Assembly: GCF_009914755.1 (NCBI RefSeq)
Contig: NC_060932.1
Strand: one strand, 5' to 3'
From: the human T2T-CHM13v2.0 reference genome, Homo sapiens
DNA: 64,000 nt
Shown here piece by piece: positions 18,690-31,229 of this stretch; within the stretch, counting starts at the first letter, position 1, and each line of letters starts with the position of its first letter. The translations under genes and the position numbers were made by a program. The notes beneath the pieces were generated by a model. The model was given only the letters and a program-made list of their open reading frames with translations, searched no databases and was not told the origin of the DNA.

Positions 18690-20500
18690 GATGATTAAAC
18701 AAAGTCAAATTTTTATGTATGGTGCCACAAAGAGAACCTTTACCAATAAGACCTCACTCCTGCTCACCTGTTCAAATAATATTTAATTCTCCGTGTTTAC
18801 TTCTAAAAATGTCATTATTTACATTTTACAATTAACCTATAATCAATCTGGAATTGATGATTGTCTATAGAGTGAATTTAAGGTGGAGGTTTTATTATCC
18901 ATATCTATATTTAGTTTTCCCAGTCCCATGTGTAAAAAAAGACCATTATCTACTCACTAAACTACATTGTCACCATTGTTATAAATTAACTGACCATGTA
19001 TGTATAAGTTAATGTACAAAATATTTTACAAAATAGTTGCATTTGTCTATCCTCATCTCGATGCCACAATTATTTAATTTGGGGGTTTTTATATCATTTT
19101 TGATATATTTAGTGGAGTAAATCTTCCCACTTTGTTTTTTCTCATAGCTGTCTTACCAATTCCCCTCTCCTTTGGATTTACATTTAAATTTTGGAGACAA
19201 ATTGATTTGTCAATATCCACAAAAATAACCTACTGTAATTTTAAGGTTTTATTTTTATCTTTGCTTTTCATTGGTTTTACTTTGGTGAGTTTACATATTA
19301 TTCTGGTTTTATTCCTACTTATTCTGTTTAGGTTTTACAGCTTTTTTGAATATAGGAATTTGTCTTTCATTAGCTTTAGAAAATTTTTGGCCAGAATTTT
19401 ATCAAATAATTCTCTGCCTCATTCTTTTTGCTCTCCTTTTGGGGCTCCATTTAAACATACATGAGAAATTTTCCCTGTATGTGTTTTCCTCCTACATATT
19501 TTTGGGTATTTCTTAATCTTTTAATCTCTATTTCAGTTCTCATATTTTAATTGCTCTTCCTTCCAGCTTACTAATTCTATTTTCTGCTGTTTTCAATTTG
19601 GGATTGATCTATCTATTGAGTTCTTCATTTCCAATTATATAGATGCCAATTATCAGGTGATATTCTATATTTTTTATCCTTTTAGTCCAACTTTTCTACT
19701 ATTTCTTGAACGTATTAATCAAAGTTATTTTAAATTTCTTTTCTACTAACTTTAATATCTGAATCTTTGGTGCATCAAGATATCTAATTGTATTGTTTTT
19801 CCTGGTTCTCTGTCACATAGTCTTGCTCTTCTTATACTTGGTAATTTTCAATTGAACGCTGGATATTTTGTCCAAAAATTTATCGACTTCAAATAATAAC
19901 TTTGTCGTGATAGGATTATTAATGTTTTTTAGGCAATTAGAATGGGGGATTGATCACTTTAAGCAATCAGAGAAAATTGATCCCATGTCACAAGAGTGGC
20001 AAGCCTCAGTCTACTTATTCATCCCTGTTACTCTTCAGGGTTTTCAATGAGATTTGAAAATATCACCTGGGCCTCACCACTGTCAAGTCCTAAACTCTAA
20101 TTTTGTTTCTTTAGGGAAGACTGATGAAATCTCAGCGTTTTTCCAACAGCTTTTGGCTTAGCTTTTGAGCCTGTTGCCCTGCACAGACATCTCGGTGGAA
20201 CAATTGATCATGTGTTTGAGTCCCCTTAGAGTCTCTAATTTTGTCGTTGTAGATAGAAAAGACTACCGAAAGCTCAGCTGGTTTCTCTGTTCTCTAGCAA
20301 TGTACCTCTGCTTAGGCAAATTCCTTTAGCAGTATCAGCAACAGCCCCCAAAGCAGCAGTCAGTTCCACATTGATAGTTCAACTTCTCTAGATTACCATA
20401 TCTTTATAACTTCATTAAAGGCATATTTTTTCCCCCAGCTCTTCTAATTGTGCTCAGCAAAAGCAATGGTCTATCACTAACTAACCTACTCTATACAGAA
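18690..20500 (-). mobile_element. Old L1M fragments (ORF2 and 5'/ORF1 region)
   Basis: T-rich degenerate L1 antisense motifs (tctggaattgatgattgtctatag; tagttttcccagtcccat; tttagaaaatttttggccag). Confidence 0.6.
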
Positions 20501-23117
20501 GCAGAAATTCTGAATATATTTTGCTGAAAAAGATCAAATGAAACCTGTTACCTACATTAGTTTCAATATTCTCTTTGGTCCTACCACTCATTATGGATTT
20601 CTATCTGAAAGATGTGCCTAATTCAAAGTACATATTGAAGAAAATGGTTGACATTGTTTTTCCCACAAAATGATCCAAGACTGCCTATTAACCCACCAGT
20701 ATCTGAAACATTGAAATAGAGTCTGCTCGGCACCCACATGTCTTTCACCACAGGAATAATTTTATGTAAGACAATTAGTTTAACTACCCTGTCTTTTAAA
20801 CTGGTATATTCTGATATTTTGCCAGGGGCAAGAAGTGGCAAAACCATTTTCTCTCAACTGATACTTTGTAGAATAAATTGAGTTATTTCAAGGAAAGTAT
20901 TTGGTGCCCTTGATTTGGTAAATAAATGAGGCTCAAGGAAAGCAACAGAAATAACATAGATATAAGAGTAATTGTTGACAGAATGTGAAAAAAAAAGTTT
21001 TAGCTATAGAGAGATTAAAGACCATACTTTAAATTAGGGATGACTCACTAAGTTGAAAAAGGAGCAGAGCGAATACGAAAAAAAGCATTTAAAACATTGT
21101 AAGTCAAGTTTAATATAATGGTCTACTAAAATAAAATGAATTTTACTCTAGGCATAGAATAAAACTTATTGGAAGAATAGTCATTTTAAAAGTGTGAAAA
21201 GATAGTTGGGACACTTTGTAGCTGGTGAAAAGCCATTCTGTGATTACTCTTGAACTAAATCAGATTTGTAATAGAGCAGAACAATTTGATTTCGTTTTTA
21301 AAGATAAATATCAAAAATTTTACCATAGTTATTTAAGAGATATGTAGTAAATGGGAAGGCAGATGGAAAATTAAGAAGTTTCTTCTTATTTGGGCCTTCC
21401 CTAGTCCTGAGGTTCATCTGCCAGTGAATATGTTGCTTGCTGAAATTTTCTGAAAAATCTCCATTAAAACGTATGTGTTGCCTACAAAAAAAGGGATGAT
21501 TAAATCCTCTCTGAAAAAGTCTGTTTATGATGACTGTTCCAATGTCTCCCATTTCACATGACAGAAGTCAGGAGCACAGTAACATTGAAGAGGGCAACAC
21601 ACAGCTAGGATAACACATGCGGCCTGGAGACTGTGCTCTTGGCATTCCCTGCTTACTGGAGTTGTTGACATTTAAAGACAGAAAAGAACATGGGATAGCA
21701 AAACGGAAGAAGCTTGTAGGCGTAATGTTTCTTCACCCCACAATGCCTGTGGTATGTCTATCTTTTCCAGCTTCTTTTTTGGCACTCGATGGGTGACAAG
21801 TTACAGAGCAGACTGAACTTTCAAAATAAAGAAAGGAATTATTTTTGTTTTCTCATATTTTTTCCTATTTAGCTTATTCAAAACAAATACATGAGTCTCA
21901 ATATGGAATACATGACAGGCTCCCCTCTGGGGCTTTCTGAGGTTATATTTGTTCTCCCACGACCCTCTGAAGTTTCTAACCCAGGATATTTCAAATGAAT
22001 GTCAGGCACTTACATTTTTTAAAGTTTCATAAGAGATTATGCTAAAACTCCTTTCAAACTTGGGAACATTTTCCTGGCATCAATTCTAAACTTAAAAAAA
22101 AATAAACTCTTGTTGTTTGGTCCTGAAATAAAAGCCAAACTAATTTTTAAGACCCTTAGCCAAATCCAGGTTGCCTGTTTAAGTCTGTATACTTTTCTTA
22201 TCTTAGCCCTTATCTTTCAAAAGATGAGGATAATCCTATTTTAGTTCCACTAGCTCTTAAATTCGTTGGTTTTGTACTGGATAAGAAAAAATAAAATAGT
22301 AATATTAGAAAAAGTCAGGAAAGATAACCCAGAAATAACCGTCACTTATTTCCACTCAGTTAAGAATCAGTGGTTGAGAAGTTTTGAAAACATACTGTTT
22401 AGCCCTTTGCTTAGATGTAAAACTTTTAAAACTCTCTTTTAAAAAACGCTTTTAAAATGTACATATTATGGAAAATATACAAAGATAAAGCTGAATATAA
22501 TAAATGACTAAATTTTTGTTGAAAGTGATATTGTATCTCCTTTTATCAAGGCGTCCATATCAACACGTGAGCACACATGCATGCAGACAGGACAACCTCT
22601 AAGACAAAGTGAAAATATGCACACCACAGTGTTTTGCTGGGTGAAGCGATGTTATCTGATAGCCGTATCCATCCATATTAGATTGCTTTGGCTTTTGCTG
22701 AATTGTGTTCTGTGTGATAGCACAGCCTAATATGAGGACATTATTACCAGAAATGTCAGAGCTCTTCTGACAGTACTATAAGGATATAGGTGCAGATGAA
22801 ATTTCCAATATTCTTTTTATTAAGACATATGGGACATGTTTTTCCAGTTATAGTGCCAGGAATAGGTCTTCTCCTGAATGACTACTTTGTTTTTATTTCA
22901 AGGATACTATGACCCATTAAATGAATCACTGATCCTTCTAGATCAATCCTACTGGAAAGCTTTGGCCTAAATTTGTGACCCATCTCCATCAGATGCACAG
23001 GAACGCTTGTCATGTTCTTAGTGTACTTATCTCACTTCTGACATCAGCTCATTTTCCTATCCTCATTTTCCCTCTGTTCCAATTTTTTTCAGTCAGCATA
23101 TATTTTATTTCGAAGTT

Positions 23118-23180
23118 TTATATATATATATATATATATAAAATGTGTAGCTATATATATACACACATATGTATATATAT
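23118..23180. repeat. (TA)n-rich microsatellite
   Basis: tatatatatatatatatatata...tatatatatacacacatatgtatatatat. Confidence 0.9.
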
Positions 23181-24351
23181 AATAAGAAGCTCTTTTAAGA
23201 TACATCTTTGAACACAATAAATAAACTGAATCCAGATTTATTACCTAGTGCCAACTATCTAATTTAAATCATTTTAACTTTAATCAATATAACCAAAATG
23301 GTATAATTTTGTGATAATATTCTTTTGATTACTAGTATGTTATTTAATTTATGGTCTCTATAAGAAATAAGAAATATAAAAATAAGATTATTACCAGATA
23401 ATTTTAGAAACAGTATTTGTTTTGTTCATTTGCTTAATAATAATGTATAATAAAGGAGAATGGACTGAAGAAATAATTACACTATTAATATAATTCAGAA
23501 AATATTTCAATTAAGTAAATAAATACACTGTTATTTTTAGATATCTTTTAAATAATCTCAATAGACCAGCACTTAATTTTTTAATACAGTCAATTTATTC
23601 TATTACATTTCCAGTCATAAACATTATAATTGCAGTAGATTGTTCCAACTGTATGATACATGATTTTTAAATTGCAAACTGATGTTTTCTCCAAGAGAAA
23701 TGTAGATAAAAGCTATAAACACAGAGGAAATTTCCAAAAGTCTAGTGTGACTGTGTTACTTTATATTTCTACCAAATCAATTATGAATATAAACTTTAAG
23801 AAGTGAAAAACAAATATTAGTTTACCACTTGAAAAGTACTCTGATTCTAATTTGAACAAATCTCTTTTAAAAGTATTCTTGATTTAATATTCTTTTCATG
23901 CATAATTATTGTGAGAAATTATTTTTTAATTACAGTTTTCCAGAAGAGAAAATAATCTAAAGCAAATTTACAGAATGTGGCAATGATTTATGCTTTTAAA
24001 AACAGGTTTTCAAGACATTTCCCTTATTGGAACAATTATTTTTGCATAAATAATTTAAAAACAGTAAAGAGATTCTCTATTGTTTTAATAGAAGTTTTAG
24101 TTTTGAAAAAAAACAAGGCAGCCATGCTTTTGAATTTACAATGAAACTATCATTTTTGTCATTTATTTGTGTATGTAGGATACAATATATTATTACTCAT
24201 GAAATGCACAAAGTACAGACAATGAACGCAAATTGGTGAATTTATGCCTGTTATTTGATGTATAATTAATGTTGTTAGGCTTTTCTTATTGTAAATTTAT
24301 TTACAATAAGAAATACAGGTACATTTATCCATAAATAAATCATGTACAAAT

Positions 24352-24391
24352 GATAAAATCTGTATTTAATAGATAAAATCTGTATTTAATA
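24352..24391. repeat. Perfect 20-bp tandem duplication
   Basis: gataaaatctgtatttaata x2. Confidence 0.9.
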
Positions 24392-25109
24392 AAATGACAG
24401 AAGAGTTTACCAAATCTATACTACTTACCTGTGTCGACAACCCCGAGAGCTAATGACCCAAAAGTTGCCACTGTAATTGTCTAAACTCTATTTAGTAGGA
24501 AATTCAAGTCACCATATGAACTATTTATTTTTTATTCCATAAACAAAAATTGACAGTCTACTATAGGACAGGTTGTATTGTTAGCCACACTGACTACATT
24601 CAGTGCTTATCACTTCTGCATATGTGATGACTTTCTAATGGCCATGAATTTATTCTCAGGACCAAAGGCTGCAATTCTAAGGAAAAATATATTTTCCTAC
24701 TTTAGAATTGGATTTTTTTTCATATCTTAGAAGATTAGTGTTCTTCATATTTAGAGGGTTTACTAAAAATCCAAAGTCATTTGTTCATGTTTTTTTCCAC
24801 ATACTTTCACATAGTGATAAATATTTAGCTATTTTTAGATCTGTCTTTAAACTAAAATGATTCAGGATTTAATTGCATAAGAACTCTACGTATATGTATA
24901 TAAGAGAGAGAAAGGGAGAGAATGGAAAAGATAGGAAGTAAAGAGAGTTTGAGCGGTGGGCTGGTAGACATAGAAATTTGCAAAATTGAACTTATAACAA
25001 TGATACAGATTAACTGAATAGCAATTACAGTAATCCTGGAAGTTTGTACACATAAAAATCAAAATACCAATATGATATGACCAATGTTTGTGGCATTCCA
25101 TTCTTAAAA

Positions 25110-25610
25110 TATACTTGTAGACTTTTAGATTAAGTTATCATATGCATATAATAAAATTATACAGTTCTTAAGTGTACTGGACAATGAATTTGTATTAAGT
25201 GGCAGCACTCGCATAACCACTTCAAAGTTCCTAATATAGAATACTATTAGCACTCAAAAAGACCTCCTTCAGTTCTACTCCCAATCATTGATCTTCCTTA
25301 AAGGTAACAATTAGTCTAATTTTCTGATAAGGTTAGTTTTGCCTGTTCTTGAACTTTATATGAGTGGAACTACATACTGTGCATTATTTTGCAACAGGCT
25401 TTGCCTCGCTAATGCTACGTCTATGTAATCTATCAATCAACACTGATGTGTATAGCAGCTGTTGGTTCTTTTACATTGACAAATGATAATTCATGATGTA
25501 AACATGCTACTTTTTCATGGTACGAATATATACAATTGATTCCACCGTTTATAAGCAGTTTGTTTTCTTTTTAAGTTTTTAGTTATTAAGAATATTGCTC
25601 TGAATCCTAG
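25110..25610 (-). mobile_element. L1ME-type 3' end fragment
   Basis: ttagttttgcctgttcttgaactttatatgagtggaactacatactgtgc is typical of L1ME 3'UTR. Confidence 0.65.
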
Positions 25611-26839
25611 TTCCAGGAAAGAACTACCTGGACTCTTCCCTGACTCTCTTTCTAAATGCAGCTATAGAGTCTGAACAGAAAGCATATCACAACTATTGAC
25701 CATTCTGCAAAGTAAACAATGGGAGATAGATTGGGGAAGAAGATCAGAATTCAAAATTATACCAAACTGGCATGAGTTTACCATTTTTCTCCTTTGTTTT
25801 TCATGTTGCTTGGCCCAGTAGGTGGGCACGGCCTCAGAAGTACAAAGCAGAGTGAGGTAACTAATGCCCAAGCTTTCTGGCTAAAGACATGGGAAGAAGA
25901 ACCACAGGGAACTGGAAAATACCAGAGAGATAAATGAAAGCACTCACGAAAGTGACCCCATGAATTTAAGAATTCCTAAGCTCACACTAGAGCCACACAT
26001 GCATAGATTTGTTCTTCATAGGCATTAAAAAAGGCTGAAGCTGAGTCAGCAGATAAACCACCACCCTTGCTGGCCAAAGACTTTGAAAACTGAACAGACT
26101 ATGAACCATAGCCCACATAGGGCATGTTGGAATTTGCAACCTAAATCTAACCAGGCTATTGCCTGTTTAAACAAAAATGTCATCATTCTCAACGGGATTG
26201 AAATAAGACCTATATATTATAATTATATAAAATACAGAATAAATTTTACTATAAAATATAAAATTAACTACACATATCCAAAATAAAATATATGTATACA
26301 GGTATATGTGTGTATGTGTTTATATAAATGTGAGTGTATTTATGTTGGTGAATACAATCATGCCATATTTGGATATGGATAATGACATATGTATTCATTC
26401 TTTTTATTCCTTATGTTTTAAGATGTATTTTTCTGACTCATTACACTGGTTTGTTCATCCAGACAAACCAGTGATGAATGAAGTGATGATAAAACAATTT
26501 CAATATTTCACTACATTTGCTGTGTGTTTGTACATATGTACCCTGTCAGATCAAGACAATTCTCTAAATTTTTGGTTTGCTGAGGGCTTTTATTAAGTGA
26601 ATGTTAAATTATACAAACGGTTCTGCATTTATTATTCTGAAAGAATAATAAAATTTGTCTTTGTTATTTTAAAATAAGATTCTGATGTCTTTTCATATGT
26701 TAAAGTAACATTAGCTTATGTAATAAAATCAATTTGTTATTGTTTTGTTATAAATATGAGTTGGATATAGTAATTCCTTATTTAAAATTTTGGGATCTAA
26801 ATAAGAGTGATGGCCCTGTAATTTTTGTTTCTTTAAATT

Positions 26840-27135
26840 TTTTCAATTTTTATTTTTAGAGATAGGATCTCAAAGTTACCCAGGCTAAAGTACAGTGGCA
26901 TGGTCACAGCTCACTACAGCCTCAAACTTCTGTGCTCAAGCAATCCTTCTGCCTCAGCATCCTGAGCAGCTAGGACTACTAGTATGTACCACCATGACTG
27001 GCTAATTTTATTTTTGTAGAGACGAGGGTGTTGCTATATTGCCCAGGCTAGCCTCTAACTCCTGGGCTCAAGCAATTCTCTTGCCTTGGCTTCCTAAAGT
27101 GCTAGTATTTCAGGTATAAGCCAGCATGGCTGGCC
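26840..27135 (-). mobile_element. AluJ
   Basis: Two-arm Alu with J diagnostics (cacagctcactacagcctcaaac; ctcctgggctcaagcaattc). Confidence 0.88.
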
Positions 27136-27504
27136 TCTTTCTTTTAACATATTTGTCCATCTTGTACAAATGTTATACTGGATTTTAAAAATATTTTCAG
27201 AAGCTTTTAAACAATTATATGAAAGAGTATATTCTAAAATGGCATTATTTGTTTTTTAGATTTTTATAAAATTTAATTCAGGAGCCAAGTTGGCCCTGGG
27301 TCATAGGTTAAATCCTTTAATATAAAGTTATTTATATTTTAAAATGTCTTTTAATGTTGGTTCTAGTAAATTGTATTTTTCAAGAAATTTGTCCATTTAC
27401 TTTCATTATTTTGTGCCTTCTATACTGTAGTAGCGAAGACTGTTTTAAGTCTTATTGTTCCTTTTTGAAGGTAACGTTTATTCTTTGACTAGTTTTAAAT
27501 ATTT

Positions 27505-30350
27505 TATTTATTTTTATTGATTTATAATACTTGTACATACTTTGGGAGTATGTATGATATTTTGATACCTGTTTACAATGAGTAATGATAAAATCATGTA
27601 ATTTGGAATATCCATTACCCTAAAGGTTTATCTTTTCTTTGTGTTGGCAACATTGCAATTTTTCTCTTCTAGTTATTTTGAAATGCATAATCTATTATTC
27701 ACTATAATTTCTCTCTATACTATCAAATACTAGAACTAATTCCTTCTATTTATCTGTATTTTTGTACCCCTTAACCAACTTCTATTTATCCCTTTCTTTC
27801 CACTTCCCTTCCCAGCCTTGGGTAATCACCTTTCTACTCTCTACTGCCATGAGATCCACTGTTTTAGTTCCCACACATGAGGGAAAACATGTCATATTTC
27901 TCTTTCTGTTTCTGGCTTATTTTATTTAACATAATGGAACCTCCCCTTCCATCCATGTTGCTGCAAATGACAGGATTTAATTTTTTATGGTGAAATAATA
28001 TTCCATTAGGTGGATATATCGCATTTTCTTTATCCATTCATCTGCTGATGGACACAAGTTGCTTGCATATGTTGTATTATAAATAGTGCCACAGTAAACA
28101 TGAGAGTTCAGATGGCTCTTCCAAATATTATTTTTTTTCTTTCGGATGTATACTCTGCAGTGGAATTGCTGGATTATATGGTAGTTACACTTTTAGATAT
28201 TTTAGGAACTTCCATAATATTTTCCATAGTGTCTGTACTAATTTACATTTCTACCAACAGTGTACTAGCATTCTTCTCTCTCTCCATCCTCTTCAACACT
28301 TGTTATCTTCACTTTTTGATAAACGTCATTCTACCAAATGTGAGGTGATATCACGTTGTTTTGATTTGCATTTCCCTGATGATTACTGATGTTAGGCTTT
28401 TTTTTTTCATATACTTGTTGGCTGTTTGTATGTCTTCGCTTGATAAATATCCATTCATTTCCTTTTCCCATTTTAAAATGGGATTGTTTGTTTGTTTATT
28501 TATTTATTTACTGTTGGGTTGTTTGAGTTCCTTGTATATTCTGGATGTTAGCCCCTTGTTGGATGAATGGTTTAAAAATATTTTCTCCCATTCTGTAAGC
28601 TGTCTCTTCACTGTATTGACCATTTCCTTTATTAGGCAGAAGCTTTTTAGCTCAATATAATCAAATTTCTCTATTTCTGCGTCTGTTGCCTATGCTTTTT
28701 AAGTCTTACCCAAAATTTTTTTGCCCAGATCAGTCTCCTGTAGTGTTTCCCCAGTGTTTTCTTTTCATAGTTTTAGGTCATACATTTAAGTCTTCAATCC
28801 ATTTTGAGTTGATTTTTATACATGATGAAAGATTGGGCACTAGTTTTATTCTTCTGCATATGGATATTCAGTTTTCCCAGCACTATTATTAGAGTCTGTC
28901 CTTTCCCCAGTGTATGTTCTTGGTGTCTTTGTCAACAACCAATTGGCTGTAAGTGCATGGGTTTGTTTCTGAGTTCTTTATTCTGTTCCATTGACCTATG
29001 TGTCTGTTTTTCATGCCAGTATCATGCTGTTTTGGTTATAAAAGCTTTGCAGTATAATTTGAAATCAGATAATGTGATACCTCTAGCTTTGCTCTTTTTG
29101 TTCAAGGTTGCTTTAGCTATTTGGGATCGTCTGTGGTTCCATATGGATTTAAGGATTGTTTTTTCTATCTCTGTGAAGAATGTTATTGGTATTTTGATAG
29201 GAATTGCATTGAATCTCACATTAGGTAGTATAGACATTTTTATAATATTCTTACAATCCATGAGCATGGGATACCTTTCCATTTCTTTGTGTCCTCTTTA
29301 ATTTCTTTCATCAGTGTTTTATTGTTTTCCTTGTAGAGATCTTTTGCTTCTTTGGTTAAGTCTATTTCTACATAGGGCTTTTTGTAGCTATGGTAAATGG
29401 CATTGTTTTTCAACATGTTTTTTCAGATTGATTGCTGTTAGTGTGTATAAACACTACTGATTTTTGTATGTTTATTTTGTATTCTGTAAATTTACTTAAT
29501 TTGTTTATTCCTTCTAACAGTTTTCTGTGGAGTAATTAGGTTTTTCTAAATATAAAGTCATGTCACCTGCAAACAAGGATAATTCGACTTCTTCCTTTCC
29601 AATATGGATGCCCCTTTATTTCTCATGCCTAATTGTTCTGGCTAGGGTTCCAGTACTATGTTGAATAGAACTGGTGAAAGTGGATGTTCTTGTCTTGTTC
29701 CAGACTTTAGTGGAAAGGCTTTCACTTTTTCCCCATGCAGTATGATATTAGCTGTGGGTTTGTCATATATGGCCTTTATTGTGTTGAGGTATGTTCCTTC
29801 TATAACCAATTTGTTAAGAGTTTTTGTCATAAAGGAATGTTGAATTTTTTCAATTCTTTTTCAGCATCTATTAAAATGATCACATGTTTATTGTTCTTGA
29901 TTCCTTTGATGTGATATATCTTGTTTATTAATTTACATATGTTAAATCATCTTTGCATCTCTGGATGAATCCACTTGATCATGGTGAATGATGTTTTTAA
30001 TGTGTTGTTCAATTCAGTCTTCTAGTATTTTGTTGAGGATTTTTGCATCTATGTTCATCAAGGATATTGGCCAGCAGTCTTCTGTCTTTAAATGTCCTTA
30101 TCTGGTTTTGGTATCAGAGTAACACCATGTTAGTAGTATAAATTAGGAAGAATTGCCTCCTTTTAAATTTTTTGATATAGTTTGTATAGAATTGGTGTTA
30201 TTTCTTCTCTAAATGTTTGGTAGAATTCATCAGTGAAGCCATCAAGTCCTGGGCTTTTCTTTGATGGGAGACTTATTACTACTCCAATCTTGGTTCTCAT
30301 CATTTTTCTGTTCAGATTTTCTATTTCTTTATGGTTCAAATTTTGGTAGA
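27505..30350 (-). mobile_element. L1MA-type (about L1MA1-3) 3' 2.8 kb
   Basis: ORF2 peptides ([29 protein letters not shown]; [19 protein letters not shown]) and an L1MA 3'UTR. Confidence 0.88.
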
Positions 30351-30404
30351 TTTTTGTCTTAGGTTTTCAAACTATTATGTGTCCAGATGTGACTTTCTTT
30401 AGAT

Positions 30405-30409
30405 ATCTG

Positions 30410-30454
<45 letters not shown>
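30405..30454. repeat. (TCTA)n tetranucleotide microsatellite
   Basis: About 11 perfect TCTA units; probably length-polymorphic. Confidence 0.95.
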
Positions 30455-30939
30455 AATTGGTCTTTATTTATCCATAGATGTATCTATCTAGAGATAGATC
30501 TTTATTAAGGTTAAGAGAGATTTTTGAACGCATAACTTAATATTGTTGTTAGTTTTGGGGAATCTCTACCAATAATTCTTCAAATACTTCTTCTGCTTTA
30601 ATATTTTTCTTTTCTATTCCTGGGACTTTGATGTCAAGTATATTAGGCCTATTTAATATGTTTCTATAATGTAGATCCTCTTTTCTGTATTTTTTATCTT
30701 AGTTTTTCTATCTGTGGTAACTTAGATGTTTTCTGTTGATACATCTTCCAGTTTACTAATCTATACTTTTTCTAATTTTCTTTTAAATTTATAGATTCAT
30801 TTCTATGATATTTATTTTTATAATTCCAGTTTTCTGGTGTATTCATTATATTTTTATCTATTAATACCATAGTTATTTAAAAATTCATTTTAATACCAAT
30901 AAATGGAACTTCCAGCAGGCCCTACATGTGCAATATATA

Positions 30940-31229
30940 CTTATAAGGGGACAAAGGGAGATTTGAAGACAGAAGAGGAAATAAAAGATGATGATATGGT
31001 GATGTAAGCAGAGGGAGAAAAGGCAATGTGATGTGGGGCCACAAACTAAGGATATAGTAGAGCTTCCAGAATCTGGAAAAGGTAAGTACATGGATGCTCT
31101 CCTAGTGCCTTTGGAGAGCGTGCATCCCTACTGACAACTTGATTTCAGTCCAGTGAAACTTATTTTAAGAGAATAATTTACCAATAAGTTAGTGGTTATT
31201 TGTTACAGGAATAATAGGAAATTAATACA
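30940..31229 (+). mobile_element. MLT1 (MaLR) LTR fragment
   Basis: ccagaatctggaaaaggtaag...ctgacaacttgatttcagtccagtgaaact...ataggaaattaataca. Confidence 0.75.

Noticed and set aside
20540-20850. Protein-like short frames on both strands (e.g. MDFYLKDVPNSKYILKKMVDIVFPTK)
   Set aside because: No convincing splice-site pair and no recognisable homology.
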